Part shown: piece by piece, positions 29,095 to 42,029 of the stretch
Position numbering within the stretch: the stretch's first letter is position 1
Layout: each line of letters opens with the position of its first letter
Source of the DNA: Octopus vulgaris
Taxonomy: Eukaryota
NCBI GenBank assembly: GCA_951406725.2
Contig: OX597820.1
Span: forward strand, 1,054,001 to 1,118,000
Length of the DNA: 64,000 bases
Direction of reading: 5' to 3'
The notes under the pieces: generated by a model
Databases searched by the model: none
What the model saw: the letters and a program-made list of their open reading frames with translations, nothing else
What the model was told of the DNA's origin: nothing
Position numbers and translations under genes: made by a program

Positions 29095-29410
29095 ATCATC
29101 ATCATCATCATCGTTTAACGTCCGTTTTCCATGCTAGCATGGGTTGGACAGTTCGACCGGGGTCTGGGAAGCCAGAAGGCTGCACCAGGCTCCAGTCTAA
29201 TCTGGCAATGTTTCTACAGCTGGATGCCCTTCCTAATGCCAACCACTCCGTGAGTGTAGTGGGAGCTTTTTATGTGCCACCAGCATGGAAGCCAGTCAAG
29301 GTGGTGCTGGCATCGGCCACGTTCGGATGGTGCTTTATACGTGCCACCGGCACAGGGATCACAACTACAATTTCCATTGATTTTTGATGTTGATGTACTT
29401 GACTCAATCC
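29095..29410 (-). mobile_element. RTE 3'UTR/tail copy
   Basis: (cat)n-cgtttaacgtccgttttccatgctagcatggg, as at 6441. Confidence 0.85.
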
Positions 29411-29533
29411 CAAATGAATCCCAAATGAAAAATTAAATCAATATATCAAATTTGAAAATTTTCACTTAATTCTAAAATTTCCGAATCTATAACAGCGACC
29501 AAAAATAAATACATAAATATATATATTTATTTA

Positions 29534-29683
29534 GGCGTAGGAATGGCTGTGTGGTAAGTAGCATGGTTCCGGGTTCATTCCCACTGCGTGACACCTTGGG
29601 CAAGTGTCTTCTACTATAGCCACTGGCTGACCAAAGCCTTGTGAGTGGATTAGGTTGACAGAAACTGAAAGAAGCCCGTCATG

Positions 29684-29725
<42 letters not shown>

Positions 29726-29931
29726 TGTGTGTGTGTGTCTGTGTTTGTCCCCCCAGCATCACCTGACAACCGATGGTGGTGTGTTTACGTTCCCTATAAC
29801 TTAGCGGTTCGGCAAAAGATACCGATAGAATAAGTACTAGGCTTACAAAGAATTAGTCCTGGGATCAATTTGCTCGACTAAAGGCAGTGCTCCAGCATGG
29901 CCACAGTCAAATGACTGAAACAAGTAAAAGA
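29534..29931 (+). mobile_element. SINE family A
   Basis: Matches 47791-48187 over its length. Confidence 0.9.
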
Positions 29932-29932
29932 G

Positions 29933-29965
<33 letters not shown>

Positions 29966-30083
29966 TTTATAGAAGGAGCTTCTACAGGACTAGAACTGTT
30001 TCATTCTATATAATAAATTAATTTACTCTGCTATGTATTGAGTACCTTATTTACTGTGGTTAACCCCGACTCAACCCGGGACC

Positions 30084-30141
<58 letters not shown>

Positions 30142-31069
30142 GCTACACATACAAGATGACCATTATTCCCTTATACACCTATAGATGCTTCCCGAGTAAA
30201 AGAACGTCAACAACAACAGCAACAACAATAGCTTCATCCTAGAAATTAATGAGACACAAAAGAAGTGGAACTCTGCATCATTTGTGCAGATTGATCCTGT
30301 TTCAACACGTTTGCCGGATCATTCTTCATCTTCCCATCATCAACCACCACCACCCTTGTCCTCTCACATTAACACCACCACCACTACTACTACCGTTACT
30401 AGTACTACCACTACAACTTCAACGATCACCATCGCTGCAACTTCTACCACCAACACTGCCACCACTATTGTTATTACCACCACCACCACCACCACCACAA
30501 TTGTCTCTGCCATCACTACTACTACCACCACCACCACTGCAAACAGCTCTACCCTTGCTTCTTCTATTAATACTTATAACAAGAAGAAGTCCATCGGTCA
30601 GAGCTCTGCCTGTCTCTCCCTGTGGTCATTGTTCTCATCACCATCTTCACTACCATCCGTCTGCAAACATGCTGTTGGTCAGCCTTGTGTGTGTGTGTGT
30701 GTGTGTATGTTTGTGTGTTTGTGTATATATGTGTGTGCGTGTGTGTGTGTGTACATATATATATGTATTTATTTATATGTATATGTGTATATATATATAT
30801 ATAACCCATGCCAGCATGGAAAACGGACGTTAAACAATGATGATGATGATGATGATGATGATATATATATATATATATATGCATATATATATGCATGTAT
30901 CTATATATGTGTATATATATATGCATGTATGTATGTGTATATACATATATATATATATATATATACATATATATGTGGTATTTGGTGACTGGATATGTGT
31001 GTGTGTGTGTGTGTATGAATATGTGTGTGTGTGTATGAATATACACACATAGATGCAACAGCATGTATG

Positions 31070-31107
<38 letters not shown>

Positions 31108-31204
31108 TATGTGGTATTTGGCAACTTCTCTTTTTTCTCCAGTCACCCTGGCTACAACATCCTTGAATATTGCAACAAGTACATTCATGTCTCCCCCTCT
31201 CTCT

Positions 31205-31244
<40 letters not shown>

Positions 31245-31333
31245 TCTCACTTACAAAGCAGTCTTTTCCACCTGACTGCTTTGGTCAATGATTCTATCTG
31301 ATCTTGATGTCCTTACCCCCTCCGTTCCCATTT

Positions 31334-31402
<69 letters not shown>

Positions 31403-31650
31403 GTTTTTTTTTTATCTTTTACTTGTATTAGTCATTATACTGCATGCGGCCATGCTGGAGCACCTGAGCAAACCAACTCCACTACTTATTTAGGGCATCT
31501 CTAAGCTAAATACCCTAACCACTTAGCCACACACACTATGCTTCAGGTTATAAACTTACACACACATGCATATATAATGCAACAGGTTATAGGTACAGAC
31601 ACACACACACACACAGCTTATCAGCCTCTAGCTATATGTGCACACATTTA

Positions 31651-31878
31651 AGGCGGCGAGGAGCTGGCAGAATCGTTAGCACGCTGGGCGAAATGCTTAG
31701 CCGTATTTTGTCTGACTTACGTTCTGAGTTCAAATTCCGCCGAGGTCGACTTTGCCTTTCATCCTTTCGGGATTGATAAATTAAGTACCAGTTTCGCACT
31801 GAGGTCGATATAAGCAACTTAATCCCTTTGTCTGTCCTTGTTTGTCCCCTCTGTGTTTAGCCCCTTGTGGATAGTAAA
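31651..31878 (+). mobile_element. SINE family B
   Basis: Matches 54311-54537. Confidence 0.88.
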
Positions 31879-31967
31879 CAAATATATATGTGCACACATA
31901 ATGCATCAGGTTATACATATATATACACACACAAACACATTTATATAAATGCATCAAGTATAGTGTG

Positions 31968-32022
<55 letters not shown>

Positions 32023-32110
32023 ATGTTTATATACATATATATATGTGTGTGTGTAGATGTATATATATATGTATATATATATATAATTGTGTGTGTGTAT
32101 ATATATTTAT

Positions 32111-32144
<34 letters not shown>

Positions 32145-33162
32145 ATACACACATATATATAATTCATCAGGTTATAATAAGCATGACTCATTCTCTTTAC
32201 TTCCTTTGATTTATTTATCGACTGACCCATTAATTCATTGTCCTGTTAACATCAGACCAGAAAGGTCTGCTTCATTATCAAACATCATTATTGTTGTTGT
32301 TGCTATTGTTGTTGTCTTTATGGTTTTCCATAACTTTTCAATGCTCAACTGAACCAAGAACTGGCTGACATTTTGTCTCACCCGGTTAAAGTAATTAGGG
32401 TGTCTTCTTTTGTCTTCAACCATTTCACACTATTTTCGCCTGACCCCAATCAGCAATTGCTGCTTATTGTAGTCAATGTGGCTGTTATTTAGTGCCCAGA
32501 TCAGCGCTGGTCATTATGCAGACCAAAGATCAAAGATACTCTGCTCATAACCATCCTGTTTTGTTGGAGATTTTTGAGTATTTTTTTGGCTTTTTTTGTT
32601 TTTCAAAAGCAAAAAGGTGAGAGGAACATATAATGTAGGCCAACAATCTGTAATGATCTGGTGGCCTTTGAAAGGAAAATGGTACAGTATGATCCCAAGG
32701 ATATTCAACTGTTGTTTCTAGCAAATCAAGTGATCACATGAAGGTTTTTTTTTCCCTCGCCATCAAGTGATGAGTATACACACGCACACAAAGTTATTAC
32801 CATATAAGCATGTATAATGAATGATTTATATTGTTGCCATCGTGTGTGTGTGTGCAGGGGTGGCTGTGTGGTAAGAAGTTTGCTTCCCAACTACATGGTT
32901 CCAGGTTCAGTCCCACTGCATGGCACCTTGGGCAAGTGTCTTCTACCACAGCCTTTAGCCTTCTAAGTGGATTTCGTACATGCAGACTGAAAGATGCCCA
33001 TTATATGTGTACGTATATATAATAATGAATTCTCCCATTGTTAGACGATGTATGAGGGGTCGACAATTTCTTACCGAACAACTACACAGATTCCCAGGCT
33101 GGGAATCAAACCCATGATCTTACAATCGTGAGAGCAACACTCTAACCACTAGGCCATGTACC

Positions 33163-33199
<37 letters not shown>

Positions 33200-33205
<6 letters not shown>

Positions 33206-33646
33206 GTATGCGAAGACCCGGCAAGCTAAAGGAGATCATTACCTGTGGCTCATGCCAGGAGCGTAACCAACCCACTTATGCGTACCTTTTCCTTCCTTGG
33301 ACACTAAACTCTGCTTGTGAAGACCTGTTGGGGCAAGTGAAATCAAAATCAAAATCAAAATCACATTCGATGACTGGCATCCGTGCTAGTAGGGTGCCAA
33401 GAGCACCATCCGAGCGTGATCATTACCAACGTCGCCTGACTGGCCCCCATGCCGGTGGCCCGTAAAAGCACCCACTACACTCTCGGAGTGGTTGGCATTA
33501 GGAAGGGCATCCAGCTGTAGAAACTCTGCCAGATCAAGATTGGAGCCTGGTGCAGCCATCTGGTTCGCCAGCCCTCAGTCAAAATTGTCCAACCCATGCC
33601 AGCATGGAAAGCGGACGTTAAACGATGATGATGATGATGATGATGA
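33200..33646 (+). mobile_element. RTE 3'UTR/tail copy
   Basis: Runs from the ORF end region to the (GAT)n tail. Confidence 0.85.
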
Positions 33647-33662
33647 TATATATATATATATA

Positions 33663-34073
33663 GGCATGGGCATGGTTGTGTGGTAAGAAGCTCACTTCCC
33701 AACTATATGGTTCTGGGTTCAGTCCCACTGCATGGCACCTTGGGCAAGTGTCTTCTAATATAGCCTTGGGTTCAAAAAAGCCTTGTGAGTGGATTTGGTA
33801 GATGGAAACTGAAAGAAGCCTGTCATGTATATGTATATATTTATGTGTTCCTGTCTTTGTGTCTGTGTTTGTTCCCCCATCATCACTTGACAACCGATGT
33901 TGGTGTGTTTACATCCCTGTAAATTAGCAGTTTGGCAAAAAAAGACCAATAGAATAAGTGCGAAGTTTTACAAAGAATAAGTCTTGGGGTCGATTTGTTC
34001 GGCTAAAACCCTTTAAGGCAGTGCTCCAGCATGGCTGCAGTCAGATGACTGAGACAAGTAAAAGAATAAAAGA
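33663..34073 (+). mobile_element. SINE family A
   Basis: Full-length match. Confidence 0.88.
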
Positions 34074-35589
34074 ATATGTATAATGTATGTGTAATTGGTG
34101 TGTTTATATGTGTTTAAGTGGTTTAGCGAAAGAGTCTGACAGAATAAGCACCAGACCTAAAAAAGAGAGGGAGAGAGAGGGGGGGAGAGAGTCATAGCAA
34201 TACTTCCGTTTTTGGAGCAACCACCACCTCTCCAGTTGGATTAGAGGAATTACATGAAACTCATCCTGTTCGTTTGGTTTCTGCAGCTGGATGCTCTTCA
34301 CGTCCCCAACCACTTTACATACTGTCAAATGTGTGGAGTACATTTTATCATGGCACCAAGGTTGATTGTCTCATCATCATTTAACAACCACTTTTGCATG
34401 CATCCACGGGTTAGTCCCCATTACTTCCTGGTTTCTCTGGTTTATATATATATATTCCTCCCTAAATGAGACACTGGTCAGTTGCAGGATTACTCTTTTT
34501 TGACCAGCTGAGTGGACTGGAGCAACATGAAATGAAGTGTTTTGCTTGTGAACACAACGCATCACCCAGTTCAGGAATCAAAACCACAATCTTACAATCA
34601 TGAGTCCAATATCCTAACCATTAAGCCTTGTGCCTCCACATGCTTTCATGGTGTTATGGCAAGAATCATGACACCCCCTGTGAGAATGGACTAGCCAAAC
34701 TCGTATAAGTGTGTTTAAGTGTGTTTTGACTGAGAGCATGAGAAAATACTGAAAGTGAAGATGTGTTGTTTGTGAATTCATGGAATCACAGGAAATTGTT
34801 GACAAGTTGTAATAGTTCATTGAGAGTTGTTTTCTATTGGTTACATTTGTTGGAAGAGTGTTTGGAAATACATCAAGTGGGAGACAGCTGGTGTCTATCC
34901 CCTTTTGTCATAATAGTATATAGCCCTGTTATTAGTCCATGTTATAAAAGTGGCATACAGCACCACAAAGTGGCGGACAGGATATCCACACTACAACACA
35001 TGGGTTGGAAGGAATTTGTTGAGGCAGACGTTTTACAGTTGGGTGCCCTTTCTGACATCAACCCTCACACATTTCCAAGTGAGGGGATATTTCCCCATGG
35101 CCAGACATGGCTTCATAAGAAGGATTAGAAATACACATTGACTGTATGACAAAGGCGTTCATTTGCAACAATTTTAGGATATGAAGGCAACAAGGGACAA
35201 GCACACCCATGCATGTGGTGTGCATATAGAGAACCTGCCAAAAGGCCCATTCACATATCCCAAACAAGAACTAGTCAGCCATTTATTTTCTTTTACTCGT
35301 TTAAGTCATTGGACTGCAGCCATGCTGGAGCACCACCTTTAAGAATTTCTAGTAGAACAAATCAGCCCCAGGACTTGTTTTTTAAGTCTGGTATTTATTT
35401 TATCGGTTTCTTTCGCTGAACCACTAAGTTATGGGGACATAAATACAGCAACACAGGTTGTCAAGAGGTGGTGGGAGGGGACAAACATACACACACCCAT
35501 CCATATTCACATTTCCATACACACCCACATGCAACCATTAATCCAGACACCTTTTTTTTCTCTCCATTTTTCCCCCTTCTCTCCATCTG

Positions 35590-35740
35590 TTTTCTCTCTT
35601 CGTTCCTTCCTGTAGAGGAGCATAAGCTCAAAATGTCGAAGGTTTCTTTGATTTTTTTTCCTGAGTGTCAATCTGATATCCCTTGTTTGTTGTTCTCTCA
35701 CCCACCTCTGTCTTTTGTTTTTTGTACAATTTGGAACTGT
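35590..35740 (+). mobile_element. Same family, degenerate minimal hammerhead at 35605-35642
   Basis: ccttc-CTGTAGAG-GAGC-ataa-GCTC-AAAATGTC-gaagg; the tail resembles 2146-2240 and ends in (TG)n. Confidence 0.5.
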
Positions 35741-36681
35741 GTCTGTGTGTCTGTGTGCAGGTACAGTTGTTTGTTCTTTTTCGAGCCATGCCTGGCTCAT
35801 AAGGGCTGGTTTCCTGGTTTCCTTGGCATATAGGTTCCCCACCTGGACGGGACCTCAGTCCGTCGTAGGGGAGCTGCTAGATGCAGGAAGAAAGAGTGAG
35901 AGAAAGTTGTGGCAAAAAAGTCAGCAGAAGTTTGCCATTACTGTCCACCGGAGCTGCGTGGAGCTTAGGTGTTTCGCTCATAAAAACACACATTGCCCGG
36001 TGTGAGATTCGAATCTGCGATCCCTCGACTGCAAGTCTGCTGTTCTAACCACTAGGCCATGTGCCTCCACATGCAGGTACAGTTAATATGTACAAAGTTG
36101 TCTGTAAAGAAACTTGCTTTGCAACTGTGTGGAACCTTGGGCAAGTATATTCTACTACAGCCCTGCCTTGTGAATGAATTTGGTGGGCAGAAACTGTGTG
36201 GAAGCCTACATACATATGCATATGGATGTGTCTTTGCGTTTGTCCCTCATCGTGCTAGACAACCGGTGTTGGTTTGTTTACATCCCCATAACTTTACAGT
36301 TTGGCAAAAGAGCCTGATAGAATGAGTACCAAACTTTTAAATAAGTCATGAGATTGATCTGTTTGACTAAACCCTTCAAGACGCTGCTGCAGCATGGCCT
36401 CATTTCAATTAGTGAAACAAGTAAAATATAAAAGATATGCATATGTGCCAGTTCTTGGTCCAGGATGCAACCAAGTTCTTTTAGGAGGGTTGGGTGTTTG
36501 AGACACAACACTCAAGTTCAATGCAAGAGAATGGTAGATGCTATTCCATTATGGTTCTACTGTGTTGGTGGGCAAAGCAGAAACTACCCCAGACATTAAA
36601 ACCCTGAGACAGTAAGATCTTGTCATTTTGAGATGTTTGCGAAAGAAGAGCATAAAAGCTGTCATAAACCCTGTTGGGGCT

Positions 36682-36945
36682 CATCATCATCTTCATCATC
36701 ATCGTTTAGCATCCGCTTTCCATGCTGGCATGGGTTGGACGGTTCAACTGGGGTCTGGGAAGCCAGGAGGCTGCACCAGGCCCACTCTGATCTGGCAGTG
36801 TTTCTACAGCTGGATGCCCTTCCTAACGCCAACCACTCCATGAGTGTAGTGGGAGCTTTTTACGTGCCACCGGCACGGAAGCCAGGGGAGGCTGGCAACA
36901 GCCATGATCGGTTGGTGCTTTTTATGTGCCACCGGCACGGAGGCC
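36682..36945 (-). mobile_element. RTE tail copy; others at ~13580, 14430, 16669, 20158, 39532, 56915, 58040 and 59118
   Basis: Shared block tttctacagctggatgcccttcctaacgccaaccactcc. Confidence 0.82.
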
Positions 36946-37218
36946 TTGCATAATACTGTGAGTTCTCTCCCTTGCAGATCCGTCTGTCATAATAGCTTCA
37001 AATTTAGGCACAAGGCCGGCAATTTCAAGGTGGGGTGGGGGGTGGGGGTAAGTTGATTACATCAACCCCAGAGTTTAACTGGTACTTATTTCATCATCCC
37101 CCGAAAGGATGAAAGATAAATATCAACCTCAGTAGAATTTGAACTCGGAATGCAATGACAGACAGAACACCACTAAGCATTTTGCCTGGTGTGTTAACGA
37201 GTCTGCCAACTCACTGCC

Positions 37219-37219
<1 letters not shown>

Positions 37220-37250
<31 letters not shown>

Positions 37251-37306
37251 TATATCATATATTTGACCCCAGGGTCACTTTGATGGCACGCACTACTCTC
37301 TCACTC

Positions 37307-37354
<48 letters not shown>

Positions 37355-37359
37355 TAATA

Positions 37360-37395
<36 letters not shown>

Positions 37396-37410
37396 TAATA
37401 ATAATAATAG
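37220..37410. repeat. (AAT)n microsatellites
   Basis: Direct inspection. Confidence 0.95.
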
Positions 37411-38289
37411 TCATTTCTGCTATAGCACAAAGCCTGAAATTTTGTTTCACTGGTCCTTATTTCATTGACCCCAAAAGGATGAAAGGTAAAGCTGACATCG
37501 GCAGAATTTGAATTCGGAACGTAAGGACAGACGAAATGCCAGAAAGCATTTTGCCTGGCGTGCTGACAATCCTGCCAGCCTCCTTTAAGATTTGTGTGTC
37601 ATAATGTTATAATATTGACCTGAATGATGATGATGATGATGATAGGGGAAAGTGGTGATGGCTTCTAGCAATGAAAGTTTTTATTACAAACCCAGCATCA
37701 GTTGACCCAGTTTTTCTATTCCCCTTGCTTATCCGGTGACAAGTGTAACCTCCTCCTCCTATTTCTTCCATTTCACCCACCCTGGGAAAATGGGTTTCTA
37801 AGAACAGCGATATCAATGCTGTATTTGTTTACAGCCCATGAGACAAGAGCCGTCCCGTCTTCTTCCTTCTAAGAACACTTTTCTATATTCCATGAGCCTA
37901 TGTTCCGTTGTCTCTTAGCAGCGTTCTTTGAAACCGTCTTGACATCTTGACTGCTGGAATTGGATAAAATATCAGAGGAAGCAATCTGACAGAGCGGAAA
38001 AATGAATATGCAGTTTTGGTGGAGGGGTGAGGCTGGGCGGGTTTTTGGAAGCGCCAATTATTGTGTTTTTCTTATACAAGAAAAAAACCATGCCATGCCT
38101 GAAAAGACCTGCTTTGTCACCAATGGTGGATACAGACTGGATAAATGCAATGTGTGTGTGCATCCATGCATGCATGCATGTGTGTGTGCATGCATGTGTG
38201 TGTGCATGCATGTATTCATGCGTATGTGTGTGTGTCCTTGAAAAACTATACATATGCACATACACATACACTCATACACACACACACAC

Positions 38290-38460
38290 ACACATGGCAC
38301 AAAAGTAAAGTAAAAATTTAAAAAATATGAAGACAAGGTACAAAAACAAACAGGGTGTATAAATTTACCAATTAGGAAAATTGGAAGAAGTCGTTAATAT
38401 TTCGAGCATAAACTCCTTTCAACAGAAAGGATAGATGGAGAGAGAGAAAAAATAGAGAAA
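38290..38460 (-). mobile_element. Same family, degenerate minimal hammerhead at 38394-38430
   Basis: Minus strand reads cttt-CTGTTGAAAG-GAGT-ttat-GCTC-GAAATATTA, then a T-rich tail into (TG)n. Confidence 0.45.
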
Positions 38461-38884
38461 GGAACAAACACACACATACACAAACACACACACACATACA
38501 TGCATATATACACCTGTATATCAAACCATCAAACTCAGCCAGCACAGAACATGGATGTTATATGATGACAATAATGATGGTATCTATATATGAGTGTGTG
38601 TGTAGAGCCATCAATGTACCATATTTAATGTATATACACTGTTGATAGGCCATTTACCATGCTTTTTCTCCTAAGATAACATCTCTTATAGAATTGTGTT
38701 AAAAAACATAATAATAGGTCAGAGATGAATCTTTGTCCCACAGTGGCCAGCAAATGTCAAATGCATTTCAGCCGTTCAGACATTTTCAACAGTGTTTTTA
38801 ACACTGCATATCACTGGTGTATATACATTTAATTACATTAATAATTATACATAGAGGAATATTTTAATTATAATAATTTTTTTT

Positions 38885-39110
38885 TTTATTGCCCGCAAGG
38901 GGCTAAACATAGAGAAGACAAACAAGGACAGACAACTGATTGAGTTGATTACATCGACCCCAGAATGTAACTGGTACTTATTTAATCGAGCCCCAAAGGG
39001 ATGAAAGACAAAGTCGACCTTGGTGAAATTTGAACTCAGAACGTAGTGGCAGACGAAATACCTCTAAGCATTACGCATGACGTGCTAACGATTCTGTTAC
39101 CTCGCCGCCT
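38885..39110 (-). mobile_element. SINE family B; others at ~25404, 37006 and 37420 on the minus strand
   Basis: Reverse-complement match. Confidence 0.85.
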
Positions 39111-39370
39111 TAATTATATATATATATATGGCATGGCTGTGGGGTAAGAAGCTTGCTTCCCAACCTTATGATTCTGGGTTCAGTCCCACTGAAAGAAACA
39201 CATCATCGTATAGCAGAAACAGCAATAAGCCAATGGACTTCATAAGGTTACCGTTCATTCCTTTGCATCTCATTTTCTTATTACTCTTCTGTACTTGTCT
39301 AACTTCATTCTGAAACATACATTTATTGAGTTCTACACCATGCCTAAGTGATGTGTATATATATATATAT

Positions 39371-40070
39371 AGGCATAGGAGTGGCTGTGTTGTAAGTAGC
39401 TTGCTTACCAAACACATGGTTCCGGGTTCAGTCCCACTGCATGGCACCTTGGGCAAGTGTCTTCTACTATAGCCTCAGGCCGAACAAAGCCTTGTGAAAG
39501 GATTTGGTAGACGGAAACTGAAAGAAGCCCGTCATCATCATCATCATCATTTAGCGTCCGCTTTCCATGCTAGCATGGGTTGGACGGTTCAACTGGGGTC
39601 TGCGAAGCTGGAAGGCTTCGTCAGGCCCAGTCAGATCTGGCAGTGTTTCTATGGCTGGATGCCCTTCCTAACGCCAACCACTCCGTGAGTGTAGTGGGTG
39701 CTTTTTATATGCCACCCGCACAGGTGCCAGACAGAGCTGACAAACGGCCACGAACGGATGGTGCTTTTACGTGTCACCGGCATGGGGGCGAGGCGAGGCT
39801 GGCAACGGACACAAACGGATGGTGCTTTTACGTGCCACCGACATGTATATATATATATGTATGTGTGTGTATATGTTTGTGTGTCTGTGTTTGTCGCCCC
39901 AACATTGCTGGTGTGTTTACGTCTCCGTAACTTAGCAGTTTGGCAAAAGAGACTGATAGAATAAGTTCTAGGCTTACAAAGAATAAGTCCTGGGGTTGAC
40001 TTGCTCGACTAAAAGCGGTGCTCCAGCATGGTCACAGTCAAATGACTGAAACAAGTAAAAGAGTAAAGAG
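39371..40070 (+). mobile_element. SINE family A interrupted by an RTE tail (39532-39843)
   Basis: Head ends ...gaagcccgt; the SINE resumes at ~39844. Confidence 0.88.
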
Positions 40071-40072
40071 TG

Positions 40073-40125
<53 letters not shown>

Positions 40126-40134
40126 TAAAAACGA

Positions 40135-40324
40135 GGAAGGCTGGTTTATGGGGTTACCTTAGGTTTCCTGTCCCTAAAAGGTTTACCTTTATGGTGTATC
40201 ATCAGATCCCAAAAGCCTGTTGGTCCTTGGCAGGCCAACAGGATTTTTGGGATCTGATGATGCACCATAAAGCTAAACCCTTTATGGACAGGAAGTCTAA
40301 GGCAACCCCATAAACTGGCCTACC
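40135..40324. repeat. Inverted repeat, ~90-bp arms
   Basis: gtttatggggtt/aaccccataaac and tcatcagatcccaaaa/ttttgggatctgatga. Confidence 0.92.
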
Positions 40325-40396
40325 CCATTATAATATTAACTGCTCTACATCTTAGAGTGTGCTTCTCCTTTCAGCTTTATGCCTTTTACAAATGAT

Positions 40397-40428
<32 letters not shown>

Positions 40429-40432
<4 letters not shown>

Positions 40433-40644
40433 GGGCTGCTGGCAAGTTCCTGGCTTTGAGTAAAAGAAAATACAGGGGGATCAGTTAATTATGATCTTAT
40501 CCAACATATTCCGCTCTCAGATTCACACATTTATTGCAGGGGTCCTTCAGTTTTCTAAGCCCTGTAAAAGAACTTCGAAGACTGGCTTTCCAGCCAGGCC
40601 TTTCACAATACCCTTAAAGCCAGGAACTTTTTGGCACCCTCTTG
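40429..40644. mobile_element. Tc1/mariner-type MITE
   Basis: ~29-bp imperfect TIRs sharing AAGTTCCTGGCTTT; inserted at the end of a (TA)n tract. Confidence 0.75.
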
Positions 40645-40884
40645 TGTATAGTGTGTGTATATATATATATATATATAAAATTTATGGGTGTTTTTGTGTC
40701 TGTTTGTCCGCCACACCACCTGACAGCTGCTGTTTGTGCATTTACATATTCGTAACTTAGAAGTTCAGCTAAAGAGAGTGACAGACTTTAAAAGAAAAGA
40801 GAGTACTGAGGTCAATTGGTTCAACAAAACTTCTTCTTCAAGGCTGTGCTCCACCATGGCCACAGTCTCATGACTGAGACATTG

Positions 40885-40932
<48 letters not shown>

Positions 40933-40953
40933 ATGCACAGAAAAAGGTATATA

Positions 40954-41357
40954 TTCTTTTACTATTTTACTTGTTTCAGTCATTTGACTGTGGCCATGCT
41001 GGAGCACTGCCTTTTTCGTCGAACAAATCAATCCCGGGACTTATTCTTTGTAAACCTCTTACTTATTCTATCGGTCTCTTTGCCGAACTGCTAAGTTATG
41101 GGATTGTAAACACACCAACATCGGTTGCCAAGCGATGGTGGTGGGACAAACACACACACACACACACACATATATATGTATTATTTATATATATACAACG
41201 GGCTTCTTTCAGTTTCTGTCTATCAAATCCACTCACAAGGCTTTGGTCGGCCCAAGGCTATAGTAGAAGACACTTGCCCAAGGTGCCAAGCAGCAGAACT
41301 GAACCAGGACCCATGTGGTTGGGAAGGAGAGCTTCTAACCACAGCCATGCCTGCACC
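40954..41357 (-). mobile_element. SINE family A
   Basis: Full-length reverse-complement match. Confidence 0.88.
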
Positions 41358-41958
41358 TGTGTGTGTGAAGCCATAACTGGAAATCTCATATTTGTAGTCT
41401 TCACAATTTAGTTTCAAAATGAGAGTGAAATAAGCAGAGGTGGCAAGAATGGGGACGTCTGGTGACCCTGAGGAGAAGGGGAGGAGAAGGGGTTTGTTGA
41501 ATTTCACATTTCTTATGTTACAGCAGCATCTTGGGATCTTCAGTGACTTTCTTCTTTCAACCTTTCTCCTCTCCCCGCTTCCTTGAAGCCCTCCAAAACT
41601 CTAAGAGTCCCATTTCAAACTTTCACTGTCTCTCTTCAGTGAAGGCGTTTATATTTAGGTTGCTTTTATGGGATTGCTGACTGCTAGAAATAGCAGCTAA
41701 ATTTCCTTTCAAATGATGCCCTATTGTATAAAAATTTCAAAGAAGAATGATTACAGCTGGTTCGTGTCTTGGCTGAAAGATTTATCTGGTCAACACTGAC
41801 CAGGGGCTAAACAACACAAAACCTAAATCTTCATCTGTCTTTCAATCTCTGTCTCCCTCCTTCTCTTTCTCCCCTCTCTCTCTTCCTGTCTCTCCTTTTG
41901 CCTCTTTCTTTTTCTGTCTTTCTCTCATTCCTCCTCTCTTTATCTAGTTATTTACCCT

Positions 41959-42029
<71 letters not shown>

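Noticed and set aside
29960-30090. GAAACAGTTC on the minus strand in a TA-flanked insert
   Set aside because: No CUGANGA half and no palindromic stem III; at most a fragment.
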